NCBI GenBank assembly: GCA_963706285.1
Contig: CAVPLU010000019.1
Coordinates: forward strand, 1 to 36,974
Length of the DNA: 36,974 bases
Source: Candidatus Bathyarchaeota archaeon
Lineage (GTDB): Archaea; Thermoproteota; Bathyarchaeia; 40CM-2-53-6
Reading direction: 5' to 3'
Both the position numbers and the translations under genes were made by a program. This document shows, piece after piece, positions 1 to 9,995 of this stretch. The number at the start of each line of letters is the position of its first letter. Within the stretch, counting starts at the first letter, position 1. Below the pieces are notes generated by a model. That model searched no databases, had not been told where the DNA came from, and saw only the letters and a program-made list of their open reading frames with translations.

Positions 1-307
1 GTTGTGCCAATGGACATCTCAGACTCTGCAGAGGCGGAACATTGAGAATGCGATTGCCTATTTGAGTCTGCAGAAAGAGTTCCTCAGCGATCACATATCC
101 AGATCGGTTTCCGGACCTCTGCCGCAAACTGGGGGATGCCGCCCCGACAGGCTTCTACAACTCGTTGGCTCCACCTGACGCTGGGCTTTGTCACCTTTGA
201 GAAAGAGATTACCGGATGACATGACAGGCATTTTGAAAGACGCTTTCTCCGTCGAAATAAAGAAGATGAGAGTGGGAAAAGACAGCTCTGTGACTTACTT
301 TTCTTGA
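1..307 (+). CDS. TorD/DmsD-family redox enzyme maturation chaperone, C-terminal part (5' truncated by window edge, frameshifted)
   Basis: Manual translation across 1-bp indels gives ...QKEFLSDHISRWFPDLCRKLGDAAPTGFYNSLAHLTLGFVTFEKE, matching the TorD/DmsD pattern QxxFLxxHLxxWxPxF...FYxxLAxL. End is TGA 305-307 or an earlier TGA near 219. Confidence 0.7.
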
Positions 308-326
308 GGGGGCAAGCTCAGCCCCC
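308..326. terminator. GC hairpin between convergent genes
   Basis: GGGGGC-AAGCTCA-GCCCCC immediately after the TorD-like stop codon. Confidence 0.35.
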
Positions 327-556
327 ACGCCGACATACTAGCTGTCGGCACATCGATGGTTCTTTTGAATTTGTGGCACGGATTCTCCATCCTCCCGCAA
401 TGGGTAGGTCGTGCTCAAGATTGTTCGTTGGAATATCGTCGCTCGCAGCTATAGCGACTGCAAAGGATCTGCTCTGAAATGTTGTTTTTGTCAGGTCATG
501 TGCCTCTGAGGAAAGTGATTTTGATTGAATGGCAACATTGGTCTACTTTCTCAAGA

Positions 557-1864
557 TCAATAGTAGTCGAATACAGATGCGACTTCTGACCACAACTTGG
601 CCAATTCCTGCTCGGAAATCAGATTGTTGGACAGTATCGGCTTCGGAAGTCGATCCTCTAGGTATAGCGGGTGGCTCATAGTCTTCCACAACTCTTCGCC
701 TTGATGCTTGAGCGTCAGATTGTACTTGTCCATGTTATCGTATATCGGTGTTCCCGGGTAAGGGCAATGTGTGCGCTTGGATCTCGGCTCCCATGCCTTT
801 CAACTTCTTGGCAAATCGTATTGTGGTTCTCGCTTTTTCCGGGGTCTCAAATGGCAAGTTTATCACGAACGAACAGATCACCTCGAATCCGATTTCCAGC
901 GCCGTCTTGACGGTGCTCTCAATTTGGCTCGTGGTTATGCCTTTGGTGATTGTTTTCAAGGTGGAATCATCTCCGGACTCGCATCCGAAATAGAGAACTC
1001 GGCCTCCAGCATCGTACATTTCCTGAAGCAACTCTCTCCCAAGACCCACCCTCGTCATGGCAGACCAAGCAACGTCCAGACCCTTCTCTCGCATGCCGCG
1101 ACAGAGTCTGATCGTTCGATCTCTACCCACGGCAAATGTGTCATCGACAAAGTTCACCCGCTTCGGCGAATATTTCTCCACCAAATACACCAACTCTTCG
1201 AGCACACGTTCGACAATTCTAGGACGATATCTTTTCCACATCTTCTGCGAAGAGCAGAAGATGCAATTGTGGGGGCACCCGCGACTGGAGATGAGGGTTA
1301 TCCGAGATTCCTCTGGGTATTCTTCAAGATTGACTAGATGCCTCGCTGGATACGGCAGCTCATCCAGGTCTTCTATGAGAGGAGCGTCAGGATTGTTTCT
1401 CACTTCGCCATCGCGCCTGTAACTCAGTCCACCAGATCGATCGGATCCGACCCCTCCAGCGCATTCACGAGCTTCAGCATTGTGTGTTCGCCTTCTCCGC
1501 GAATCACAAAGTCAATCGACTTGTAGTCTGATAGCACGTAATCAGCTGTGAAGGTGACCTGAGGCCCCCACGACGATTGGGTTTCAGGTAGAAGGCTCTT
1601 CAGGATGTCCAGTAATTTCAGAGCGTAAGAGGTGTGACAGGTTACGGTCATGCCAATGATGTCGGGTTTGGTCCTCACAACATCATCTATCGTCTTCTCG
1701 AAGTCGCGTTCAGTGTTTCCCACGTGCGTCCGACGACTGTGTTGATTGGTTTATCGACAACTGACCTCGTGGCCAGCCTTCTCCAAGACGGCAGCGACGT
1801 AGAGCAAACCCAAGTTCGGTTCGATCTCGAAGAAACGCGGAGGGTTGATTAACGTCACACGCAT
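557..1864 (-). CDS. B12-binding domain radical SAM protein (class B-like), split by several indels
   Basis: ATG 1864 after GGAG gives MRVTLINPP..PNLGLLYVAAVLEKAGHEV. ORF pieces 1424-1723 (PDIIG, VIRGEGE) and 735-1403 (SRGCPHNCIFC, FVDDTF, FGCESG) follow; the C-terminus PYPGTPIY...DYY* ends at 557. Confidence 0.88.
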
Positions 1865-2216
1865 GGCAAGCGCTCCTCGATCATTCCCATTTCTTGGCCG
1901 GCCAATGAATTGCAACTAAGTATGAAGAGCGCCCTATTTGAGGTGGACGCAAATTTCCGGCGCGAAAAGCGAACTCTAGGAACCTAGAAGGCACTTGGAA
2001 GAATCACCCCGGCACGTTGAATTTACCGGCCTAGGTGAGAAACGCCTGGAAATGTTTCCCGAGAATCGAGCTTCATGGATTGCCTGACAAATGTACATGA
2101 CTACAGGGACTCTCAGCTCCGATCTCACTCACTTTGCTCCGTCTCTAGCCGCGTAACGCCCCAGATTTTCCAGTGAACGAGTGCAGTGAGAAAACGGTGG
2201 GGCCTCTATCCTTTCT

Positions 2217-2327
2217 TCATTCGGCCAAGGTGAGTCGGGTGCGTCCTTTCGTTTGCGCCCACGCATTGTACGCTCTGACGTGGGTCCGCATCCACTGAGG
2301 GTAAATGTCCGTGAGGTAATCTCTCAA
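2217..2327 (-). CDS. possible 36-aa small protein (MRDYLTDIYPQWMRTHVRAYNAWAQTKGRTRLTLAE)
   Basis: TTG-started ORF 20 nt downstream of the Cys-rich gene on the same strand; no homology recognised. Confidence 0.25.
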   Translation of the reverse strand: MRDYLTDIYPQWMRTHVRAYNAWAQTKGRTRLTLAE

Positions 2328-2346
2328 TCGTTTCGTTCTCTTGCCT

Positions 2347-2667
2347 CTAGAACAGTTCGCGTTCTTTGATCTTCTGGGCAAGTTTCGGCGGGGCCCGGAT
2401 CGGCTTCAACTCCGGTGTTGATCTTACCACGACAGTCTTCGTCTTTACAGTGAATGCGCAAGTGCCGTTTGGCAGAAGCTTCCCTTTCTGACACTGTGCC
2501 AATTTACAGGTCTTCGGGGTACACCTATCATCAACATCACTGCACCAGCCGATACCTTCCCTAGCGCTCAATTTGTGCTGCGAGCACTCGAAAAACATGC
2601 AGGCATTGAAGCACAATTCGGGCGTAGGCGCATCATAGTGGGGGGGAATACGCATCATAGAAATCAA
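2347..2667 (-). CDS. Cys-rich archaeal hypothetical protein (putative metal-binding)
   Basis: 8 Cys in CFNACMFFEC...WCSDVDDRCTPKTCKLAQCQKGKLLPNGTC; start codon uncertain. Confidence 0.7.
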   Translation of the reverse strand: MISMMRIPPHYDAPTPELCFNACMFFECSQHKLSAREGIGWCSDVDDRCTPKTCKLAQCQKGKLLPNGTCAFTVKTKTVVVRSTPELKPIRAPPKLAQKIKERELF

Positions 2668-2800
2668 CTCTCAAAACTGAAGAAACGAAGATATGAGACG
2701 ACAGACTTCGCATGCTTGACGTGTTCCAATGACTTATTACTCTTTCCTTCCAAAACTCATTATCGCTTCTCAAGCCAAGAGAGGCCGATCGGAGGTAGGC

Positions 2801-2807
2801 TATATAT
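2801..2807. promoter_or_regulatory. TATA-like box between divergent genes
   Basis: TATATAT about 37 nt upstream of the DUF2116 start. Confidence 0.4.
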
Positions 2808-2843
2808 CTGAACTGACAACCAACAGGACAAGGCAGACCAATC

Positions 2844-3056
2844 GTGTCGAAGCACCAAAAGGAGACTGTACCCGTAATTGTGAAACATAAGCACTGTGCA
2901 ATCTGTTCAACTCCAATTCCCATGAGTAAGGACTTCTGCAGCACAGCATGTGAAGATGAGAACAAGCGGATCGCTCGACGACGGAGGTACACCTTCATCT
3001 TCACGCTCGCAATGTTCCCAGTTCTCTTCCTTCTGCTCTTTCTGCTGCGAGGATAG
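2844..3056 (+). CDS. DUF2116-family Zn-ribbon membrane protein
   Basis: HKHCAICSTPIP...FCSTAC, then a basic stretch RRRR and a C-terminal TM helix. Confidence 0.85.
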   Translation: MSKHQKETVPVIVKHKHCAICSTPIPMSKDFCSTACEDENKRIARRRRYTFIFTLAMFPVLFLLLFLLRG

Positions 3057-3262
3057 AGGACTCACTGTGCTCGTAGAAAGCTAGTGAGAGTTTCCGAGAG
3101 ATTCTGTGATGGCTTACGGCAAGCGTCTCGCAAAGCCAATAGCACTTAAGGTGCTCGATCGTTGCACGTGAAATCGTCACAAGTCTAATATACATTCTGA
3201 ACGGTCATTCACTCTTCACTAGGGTCGCTTGGACCCTACAACAAATAGAGGAAATAAGAAAA

Positions 3263-4900
3263 TTGTCAACCGAAAAGAAAGTTTTCGTTAGAAAAGCTAC
3301 AGGGCTCGTCAGAGAAATCGGTTTCTGGACTGCAGCAATCATCGTCTTCTGTAACGTCGTCGGCTTAGGCTGGCAGAAAAGAGTCTTCCAGTTCACAGGA
3401 CCCGCAATTGTGCCGGAAAGCAGCTATGTCCTAGGAATACCACCAGTCACGATGTCGTTCATCATCGTCGGTATCATCGTGCTACTGACGGTCTTCATGT
3501 TCTCAGTGCTATCAGCCGCGATGCCGAGATCTGGAGGCGGTTACGTGTACATCTCGAGAATTACTCACCCGGCCGTAGGATTCTTGGCATCGTGGCTCGA
3601 GTACTTCAGTATCACAGTCTCATGGGGTCAGATAGGAACCGCAGTCTTCGAGGCTATCACCATATACTCATGGCTTGCGGGCTGGTCAGCAAACTGGTAC
3701 TCTTCCGAAGTAGGGTTGATCGGCGGCATGGTTATCGTCATAGTCTTCGCCGGTATCGCTTACTTTGGCGCTTCAATGACTGGTAAGATTCTACAAGTGA
3801 TGTTCTGGATTCCCGCAACAATTACGATAGTTCTCTACGCTATCATGTTGTCAGCAACTCCGGCAATTATGGAGGCGGGAGTTAAGACATTGACCGGTCT
3901 CTCCCCCACACAGTTCACGCAGATGGCTCTGGATCAGGGTATGGCAACTTCGTTCAGCGGTGACTACTGGGGAGCAATGGCTGCCGCAACAATAGGCACA
4001 TACTGGGCATTCATCGGATTCGCAGCGTCAACATTCGTGGGCGGTGAGGTCAAGGAAGCAGGCAAGGCGCTTCCTAGAACTCTTATCGCCGCGAACATCA
4101 TCATCGTTTCACTCTACGCCAGCATATCTTACGTGTCATCGCACGCCGCAATGCTTGTCGGCAAGATCGGTGACTACTCGTTCTTCAGTGCCTACGCTTA
4201 TCTGTCGTATGGAGGAGGAACCCTCCCGGAGGGAGTCGCCAGAGCTTGGATGCCGACCATTGCAGGATTCAGTGCCTCGGGAATGGGGCTGAATTGGTTC
4301 TTGGCCATCATCCCGATCTTCGCAGTGCTGTGGGTCGCAAACGACATTCCACCGTTCATCATCACATCATCACGAATCATCTTCGCTATGTCATTTGACA
4401 GAGTACTTCCAGAGAAACTCTCCGAAGTCAACGAGAGATGGCATTCTCCCACGAACGCAATACTCGTAACAATGGTGGTCGCATTCATCGGATGCTTCTC
4501 CGAATCCGACATCCTAGTCAAATATCTTCCTGGCAACTTCATAACCTCCTACATCAACTCCGGCGGAGGAGTATTGGCAACCGACATTTGGGATACTATC
4601 TTCTTCCTGCTCTCCTCATTTGCAGGAATGCTCTTGGTTTTCAGGCGCAACGACATTTACGAGAAATCACCGTTCAAGCCCGGCAGGTGGTTGGTCGGAG
4701 GCATCGGCCTCATCGCCACGGTGGCGAACATCTACCTACTCTACCTTGTCGGAACAGGATACGGCAGCGCAATGGAACCATGGTACTTCACCATCTTCCT
4801 ACTAGTAGTGGGCGCCATCATTTACTTCTACTACAGAAGCAAAGGCAGCAGAGTCGGAGTCGACTACGCAACAATCTACGCAGAGATACCGCCAGAATAG
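3263..4900 (+). CDS. APC-family amino acid/polyamine permease (archaeal type)
   Basis: 545 aa, about 12 TM; FVRKATGLVRE N-terminus, MPRSGGGYVYISR, SRIIFAMSFDRVLPEKL, EIPPE C-terminus. Confidence 0.93.
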   Translation: MSTEKKVFVRKATGLVREIGFWTAAIIVFCNVVGLGWQKRVFQFTGPAIVPESSYVLGIPPVTMSFIIVGIIVLLTVFMFSVLSAAMPRSGGGYVYISRITHPAVGFLASWLEYFSITVSWGQIGTAVFEAITIYSWLAGWSANWYSSEVGLIGGMVIVIVFAGIAYFGASMTGKILQVMFWIPATITIVLYAIMLSATPAIMEAGVKTLTGLSPTQFTQMALDQGMATSFSGDYWGAMAAATIGTYWAFIGFAASTFVGGEVKEAGKALPRTLIAANIIIVSLYASISYVSSHAAMLVGKIGDYSFFSAYAYLSYGGGTLPEGVARAWMPTIAGFSASGMGLNWFLAIIPIFAVLWVANDIPPFIITSSRIIFAMSFDRVLPEKLSEVNERWHSPTNAILVTMVVAFIGCFSESDILVKYLPGNFITSYINSGGGVLATDIWDTIFFLLSSFAGMLLVFRRNDIYEKSPFKPGRWLVGGIGLIATVANIYLLYLVGTGYGSAMEPWYFTIFLLVVGAIIYFYYRSKGSRVGVDYATIYAEIPPE

Positions 4901-4910
4901 TCCCCTCCCA

Positions 4911-4943
4911 TTTTTTCTTTTTTTTTCCTTTTTCCACCTTTTC
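4911..4943 (+). terminator. oligo-T archaeal terminator
   Basis: Long T-rich tract (TTTTTTCTTTTTTTTTCCTTTTT) 10 nt after the permease stop. Confidence 0.7.
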
Positions 4944-5043
4944 CCATCCTAGCTTGACGTGCAAGTCTATCGAACTTATGTGGTGACAACTCGTTCAACT
5001 TATAATGGCCCTCTGCATCTGAGACTGGACCAGACATTCCCAG

Positions 5044-5541
5044 ATGTGCCTCACTTTGCCTGCCACAAACGACACTATGATGCGACTCGAGAAGTACATG
5101 ATGACGGGGCAGGCCCGCTGGGTCGCGGACTTCAACGAGTCCTTCCTGAACTACCAGGTGGGGGACGTAACATTCGACTTGTTCATTGATGGAAATACGC
5201 GCTCAAAGGGCTTCATCCTATCTCGCTTGTTCTCGTTCCTGTTGAATCCAAACTACGAAGTGGGATTCTTCGCGATCCTGCTAGATGAAGAAAGTGAACC
5301 TAATGATCGGAGACTGAGGAAGTGGATCCTCGCCGTCAAGTCGTGCATGCAGAAGCATGAGATGAAATGGGCTTGGCTCATGCTCGTCGGCCAATCTCCA
5401 AGCGAGTCAGTCAAGAAATGCATCAAGGAGGCACAGGATCGCACCGTCGGAGTTGCGTACGCCGACGCCAGCTCACGGCAGGTCATCTCTGCTGACGCAT
5501 ATCTCGGAAGACAACTGAAGAAGTACGTCAAGATCAAGTGA
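5044..5541 (+). CDS. hypothetical alpha/beta protein (possibly degenerate restriction-endonuclease-like fold)
   Basis: 165-aa ORF with alternating hydrophobic strands and helices (FDLFIDG, VGFFAIL, WAWLMLV, VGVAYAD); 6 nt from the next gene. Confidence 0.7.
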   Translation: MCLTLPATNDTMMRLEKYMMTGQARWVADFNESFLNYQVGDVTFDLFIDGNTRSKGFILSRLFSFLLNPNYEVGFFAILLDEESEPNDRRLRKWILAVKSCMQKHEMKWAWLMLVGQSPSESVKKCIKEAQDRTVGVAYADASSRQVISADAYLGRQLKKYVKIK

Positions 5542-5547
5542 TGAGAA

Positions 5548-5985
5548 ATGGAGCAGAAGCGCTCACCAATTCAACTGTACAATCTCTTCAAGTCCTTCGT
5601 GGCAATGTTCATGATTCAGGCCGCTATGGTTCTCATAATGCCAAGTGGGCTTGTCGCTCCAATATGGTATCAGATATTTGCCTTGAACATGGTCGTTGCA
5701 GGTGTCCTTGGCTGGTACCTATACAAGCAGTGGTACCACATCGTGTTCTCCTACGATGATGCTGGATTCAAGCTGAGGAAAGGCAAGAATCCACCGGTGG
5801 CCCATCAGTGGAACGAGTTCTCGAAAGTGTCGCTCGCTCGAAGCGAGTACAATGAGTTCAGAGTCAAACTCTACAGCAACGGAGACGCCATTGAGATCCC
5901 TTCGTCGAAACTCAAGCTTGACCCTTTCAAGTTCAGACTTCAGGTCATGGATCTTGTGACGAAGGCGTCGTCGCCTGGCTCTTGA
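5548..5985 (+). CDS. membrane protein with 2 TM and a PH-like beta domain
   Basis: Two N-terminal hydrophobic helices, then FSYDDAGFKLRKG...HQWNEFSKVSL, typical of bacterial-PH-like domains. Confidence 0.7.
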   Translation: MEQKRSPIQLYNLFKSFVAMFMIQAAMVLIMPSGLVAPIWYQIFALNMVVAGVLGWYLYKQWYHIVFSYDDAGFKLRKGKNPPVAHQWNEFSKVSLARSEYNEFRVKLYSNGDAIEIPSSKLKLDPFKFRLQVMDLVTKASSPGS

Positions 5986-6934
5986 TCAGCCTTCAACTCG
6001 CTGCAGCCGCGTTACTTTCGCCCCATCCAGTTCAACCAAGTATGCCCGCAGTATGCCCTCACCGTATTCGCTGCCTGGATTGACACATTGAGTTCGCCCG
6101 ATCTTTAGGTAGCCTGAGCTTTCGTGAATGTGTCCGTGAAGTCCTATGAGCGGCTGGTACTTCTCGATGATCGCTCTTACAGACTTGGAGCCTACCGGAA
6201 TCATCAAAGGCCTGCCATGGGCGTAGACGGGTGTCAAGTCCGGATTCAATTTCGGAGCATAGTCGATCTGAGAGTCATATGGTGGGCAGTGGAAGCAGAA
6301 AACCGCGGTCTCAAGACGCTTCACCTTGGCAACCGTTCTCTCCAGCTTCTGCATCATCTCTTCCTCAGAACATTCTCGCGGCGTGTGCCATGGTGTCGGA
6401 TTGCTCCACCCACAGCAAGCGACCTCGTGTTCATCATCTAGTGAGACAACTTCCTCCTCGCCATACGTGACGTTCTTGTCGGCTCGTATCACATCATCAA
6501 TGGCAAGGACATCATCGTTTCCTGGAGTCAGGATGACCCGGCATTTCTTGGGCACCTTTTCCGGTACCAGTTTCAACCATTCCTTGATCACGTTGATCTG
6601 AAGGCCCTCGAAGACTTTCTCTCTCAAGTCCTCATCTTCAGCAATCTTCGCCGCTTCTTCAGATGTCGTTCGATATGGCAGGTAGCTGAGTTTACGTATC
6701 TTCTTCTCATACTCCGGAAGGTCGCTTTCCTTGAGGGTGCTCTCTTCACCGAACAGTGTTGCTTTGTAGTTTCCATCCGCTTGTCTTGAATATTGGGATT
6801 ATCATTTTCCCAGTCATGTCGCCGCTGATGACGAGTGCGTCAAGATCAAAGATCTTCGCGGAGTTCAGGAACTTTCTCCACACGACTTCTGATCCGTGGA
6901 GGTCCGTGGAGAACAGGAACCTAACTTTGGCCAA
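5986..6934 (-). CDS. Icc-related metallophosphoesterase (calcineurin-like), frameshifted near 6750-6780
   Basis: ORFs 6746-6934 (STDLHGS, SGDMTGK) and 5986-6627 (PGNDD, FHCPP, LHGHIHE, NPGSEY) together give all five MPE motifs. Confidence 0.9.
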
Positions 6935-6985
6935 GTTTCAAGCTCTCCGTTAATGCCGCATAACCTTCGTGGATATGGTGCCTGG

Positions 6986-7858
6986 TTATGATTCAGATAA
7001 GGTATCCCTTTGGACTTCCTCGACCACGTTGTACCATTTCCTAGCTGTGCCGATTCTGGCTCTCATCTTCCATTTCAGAGTCTTCGGTTCCTTCTCAATT
7101 GCTTCATTGATTGCGGTGATCTTTCCTTCTATGTTCTTTCGATCATCACCTGAGAGCCCCGGGCATTGGCCAACGTAGTCCTGCAGCTTCTTTAGGTTCG
7201 TCGAGACGGTGTGGTAGAATCCCCAGTCGTCTGCGAGAATCTTGGCGACGTGAGGCAAGTTGATCATGTCTTTGTCGGCATTACCGACTGGGTGTTCACG
7301 GAGGAGTATGCACATGTCCTGCCAGTCTTTCTCGTTCATCTCGCAGATCTGCGCTTTGAGAAGGAAAAGCTCAACTGGGGGCACTGTCGGGTGATCGACT
7401 TCGAGCCTTCCTCTGAAGTCTATTACGTGGCACATTGGCAAGATGTCGAGAAAGATATCAATTGCCTTGTTTCCCTCGGCATCATTGAAGATCTGTCTGT
7501 GTCGACCAGCCCCGCTTGCCATTGCGAGCGTGACGTATGGAGTATAGCCCATGTCCTTCATGAACTGTCGAGTGAGCGGCCTGTACTTGCTGTAACTTAC
7601 AAAGTCCATATCATGTTTCGGCGCTCGTTTCAGCAGATCATACAAGTGATCTGAGCCTGGACAGTGCATCCGGATGGCTGCTCCTCCAAGGATTCGGAGC
7701 GGGATGCCTCTCTCAGCTGCCGCGTCTATGATGCGCATTATCTCAGTACGGAAATCGGCAAAGGTCTTGAATTCGCCCGTTCCTGGTACGCTCCTAGCTG
7801 GAAGTCGATGCTTCGGACTGTTGGCGGCACTACGGGTTCTGGGGCATATATAGAGCAA
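6986..7858 (-). CDS. Pol-beta-superfamily nucleotidyltransferase-like protein (true start probably ATG near 7738)
   Basis: LRILGGAAI...HDMDF (hGG...DxD), a third acidic residue in AIDIF, and helical LLKAQI...NEKDWQD; TATATAT at about 7846-7852 argues for a downstream start. Confidence 0.8.
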   Translation of the reverse strand: MLYICPRTRSAANSPKHRLPARSVPGTGEFKTFADFRTEIMRIIDAAAERGIPLRILGGAAIRMHCPGSDHLYDLLKRAPKHDMDFVSYSKYRPLTRQFMKDMGYTPYVTLAMASGAGRHRQIFNDAEGNKAIDIFLDILPMCHVIDFRGRLEVDHPTVPPVELFLLKAQICEMNEKDWQDMCILLREHPVGNADKDMINLPHVAKILADDWGFYHTVSTNLKKLQDYVGQCPGLSGDDRKNIEGKITAINEAIEKEPKTLKWKMRARIGTARKWYNVVEEVQRDTLSES

Positions 7859-8310
7859 GCGGGCGGCGCCGACTCATCACGCTTTGACGCTGGGATCGAG
7901 TCATTGGGGTTGTCGGAGTCAGCTCAGTTTCAACAACTGGTCTTGTGGTTAGGACGAAGAGTCTTGGCTCACTTTGTGGTATGCAACAGATTCCGTAGTT
8001 CACGAATGGGTTGTCTCCTTCACAAACCAGTTGCTCATGGTATCTTCGCTAATGTCCTTATCCGAGGTGGTGGTGCCAAATGCACACGCTCGGGGGAGGT
8101 CCGAAAAATCCAGTCCCTTCTCCAGCATATTTTACACGTGCCTGTAAATGCATCACAACTTCGCCATCACCTAGTGATTCTTTCACGACAGAAGAGATCC
8201 ACATGTCAACGAAATTTCAGAGACTTGTGGCTGCATCTAATGTGTTCGTGTTCTTCGAAGCCTAATCTAGCAGGTGACTCATGAATGATGCATCTCGGTG
8301 ATTACATTCG

Positions 8311-9118
8311 ATGAGCGCAGCCTATTCGAAGAGAGCACTTCCGGCCGGGGTCGGCGCTCATCGAAGAGTCGCGGTAGAGAAGTATCTTTGGCTCGCGTCG
8401 CTTGCTGTCATCTTCTTTCTTTGGGAAGCGATCGTCCGCTTGGGAATAGTCTCCAGTTCAAAGATTCCAGCATTCACAGCAACAGTAGCGACTTTAGCTT
8501 CATCTCTTCTGGATATTCAATTTCTGATATTCGTAGGACAGAGCTTTCTGAATTTGACGGGTGGGATACTGGTCGCGCTTGCTGCTGCCTTGCCTCTTGC
8601 GATATTTGCGGGGTTGCGAAACAAGCTCGACACTGCGATGACTCCGCTGATAATGCTCGGCGGAGCCCTGCCTGATATCGCTCTTCTACCTGTCCTAGTA
8701 TTGTTGATAGGCCCAGGCAACGCTGCAGCTATCACGATCGCTGCTTTCAGCGCTTTCTTTCCCATGTACTTCACCATTCGTGAAGGCACGAAAGATATTC
8801 CCAGAGATCTATTCCACGTCGCCGCCGTGTTCAACACAGGGAGCTTGGACAAGTTTCGCAAATTGATATTGCCGGCGGTGGCTCCTCAGTTGTTCACCGG
8901 ATTGAGGCTGGCATACGACTTCGTTTGGGAGATCGTCCTCGCTATCGAGATTTTCTCCGGCGTGACTGGGATAGGATCGTACATATCAGGTGCAGTAGAG
9001 ACGGGCGAAGTGACACATGCTTTCGCCGCGATACTCGCTGTTGGCATATTGGCTATACATGATTGATCGACTAGTTTTCGGCCGAGCCGAGAAATGGATG
9101 AGGCGGTGGATGGACTGA
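8311..9118 (+). CDS. NitT/TauT-family ABC transporter permease (frameshift near 9060)
   Basis: LPDIALLPVLVLLIGPG, EAA-like loop, ILPAVAPQLFTGLRLA; the C-terminus IDRLVFGRAEKWMRRWMD* lies in a shifted frame. Confidence 0.88.
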
Positions 9119-9944
9119 GTTACCAGCTAGAACTCAAGGGGGTCTGCAAGGAATACGAACAAAGTGGAAGCATCTATTCCAGCGATTCAAGACGTGAGCT
9201 TTGCTCTCGATCGAGGGGAATTTGCTTGTCTCGTCGGTCCAAGCGGATGCGGTAAATCAACGTTGTTAAGGATCGCAGCAGGCTTAGACACGCCTACATC
9301 CGGGGAGATACAGGTCTGCGGAGAACCGGTCGTTGGGCCTCATCCGAAGATCAGCATGGTCTTTCAGTCGTTCGCGCTCTTTCCTTGGAGGACGGTCGCG
9401 AGCAACGTGGAATATGGCCTTGAAGCTCGGGGAGTTCCTCGGGCTGAGCGTATCGATTCAGTCCAGAAGTACTTGGAAATGGTAGGGCTCACCGGTTACA
9501 GTCATCTGTATCCAAAGCAACTCTCAGGTGGGATGAAACAGCGCGTGGGTATCGCTCGAGCCCTTGCCGTAGATCCGGATGTTATACTCATGGACGAGGC
9601 GTTCAGCGCAATCGACGAGTTCACGGCGGAGACTCTGAGAGAGGAAGTAGCCGAAATTCACGCCCAGACTGAGAAGACGTTCGTTCTTGTGACGCACAAC
9701 CTCGTTGAAGCTGTGGAGCTTGGCCGATAAGATCATAGTCCTCAGCTCTAGACCCGCACGTGTGAAGAAAGTAATGGAAGTTGATCTTCAGCGACCAAGA
9801 GACAAGACACAGTCAGAATTCATTCACGCTCACAAAAGCATCTTTGCGCTTCTGAAGGAGGAGCTTGAGACCACGATGGTCCGACGGAAGATCAAGAGGA
9901 TTCCTGAGTTTGAGAAGCTAAGCGACATCGAAGCAGAGAGCTAG
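9106..9944 (+). CDS. NitT/TauT-family ABC transporter ATP-binding protein (two frameshifts)
   Basis: Walker A GPSGCGKST, LSGGMKQRVGIARAL, MDEAFSAID, VTHN; the C-terminus ADKIIVLSSRPARVK is in ORF 9705-9944. Confidence 0.92.
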
Positions 9945-9995
9945 TCGTCGCCTCAGCTTGGACTTGTTTCAGCCAACGCGGCGACTAGAGTTCGC

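Noticed and set aside
7664-8284. 206-aa plus-strand ORF and similar long ORFs (771-1337, 4438-4986, 13547-14131, 21800-22306, 33070-33600)
   Set aside because: They are antisense or alternate-frame shadows of well-supported genes and have no recognisable motifs
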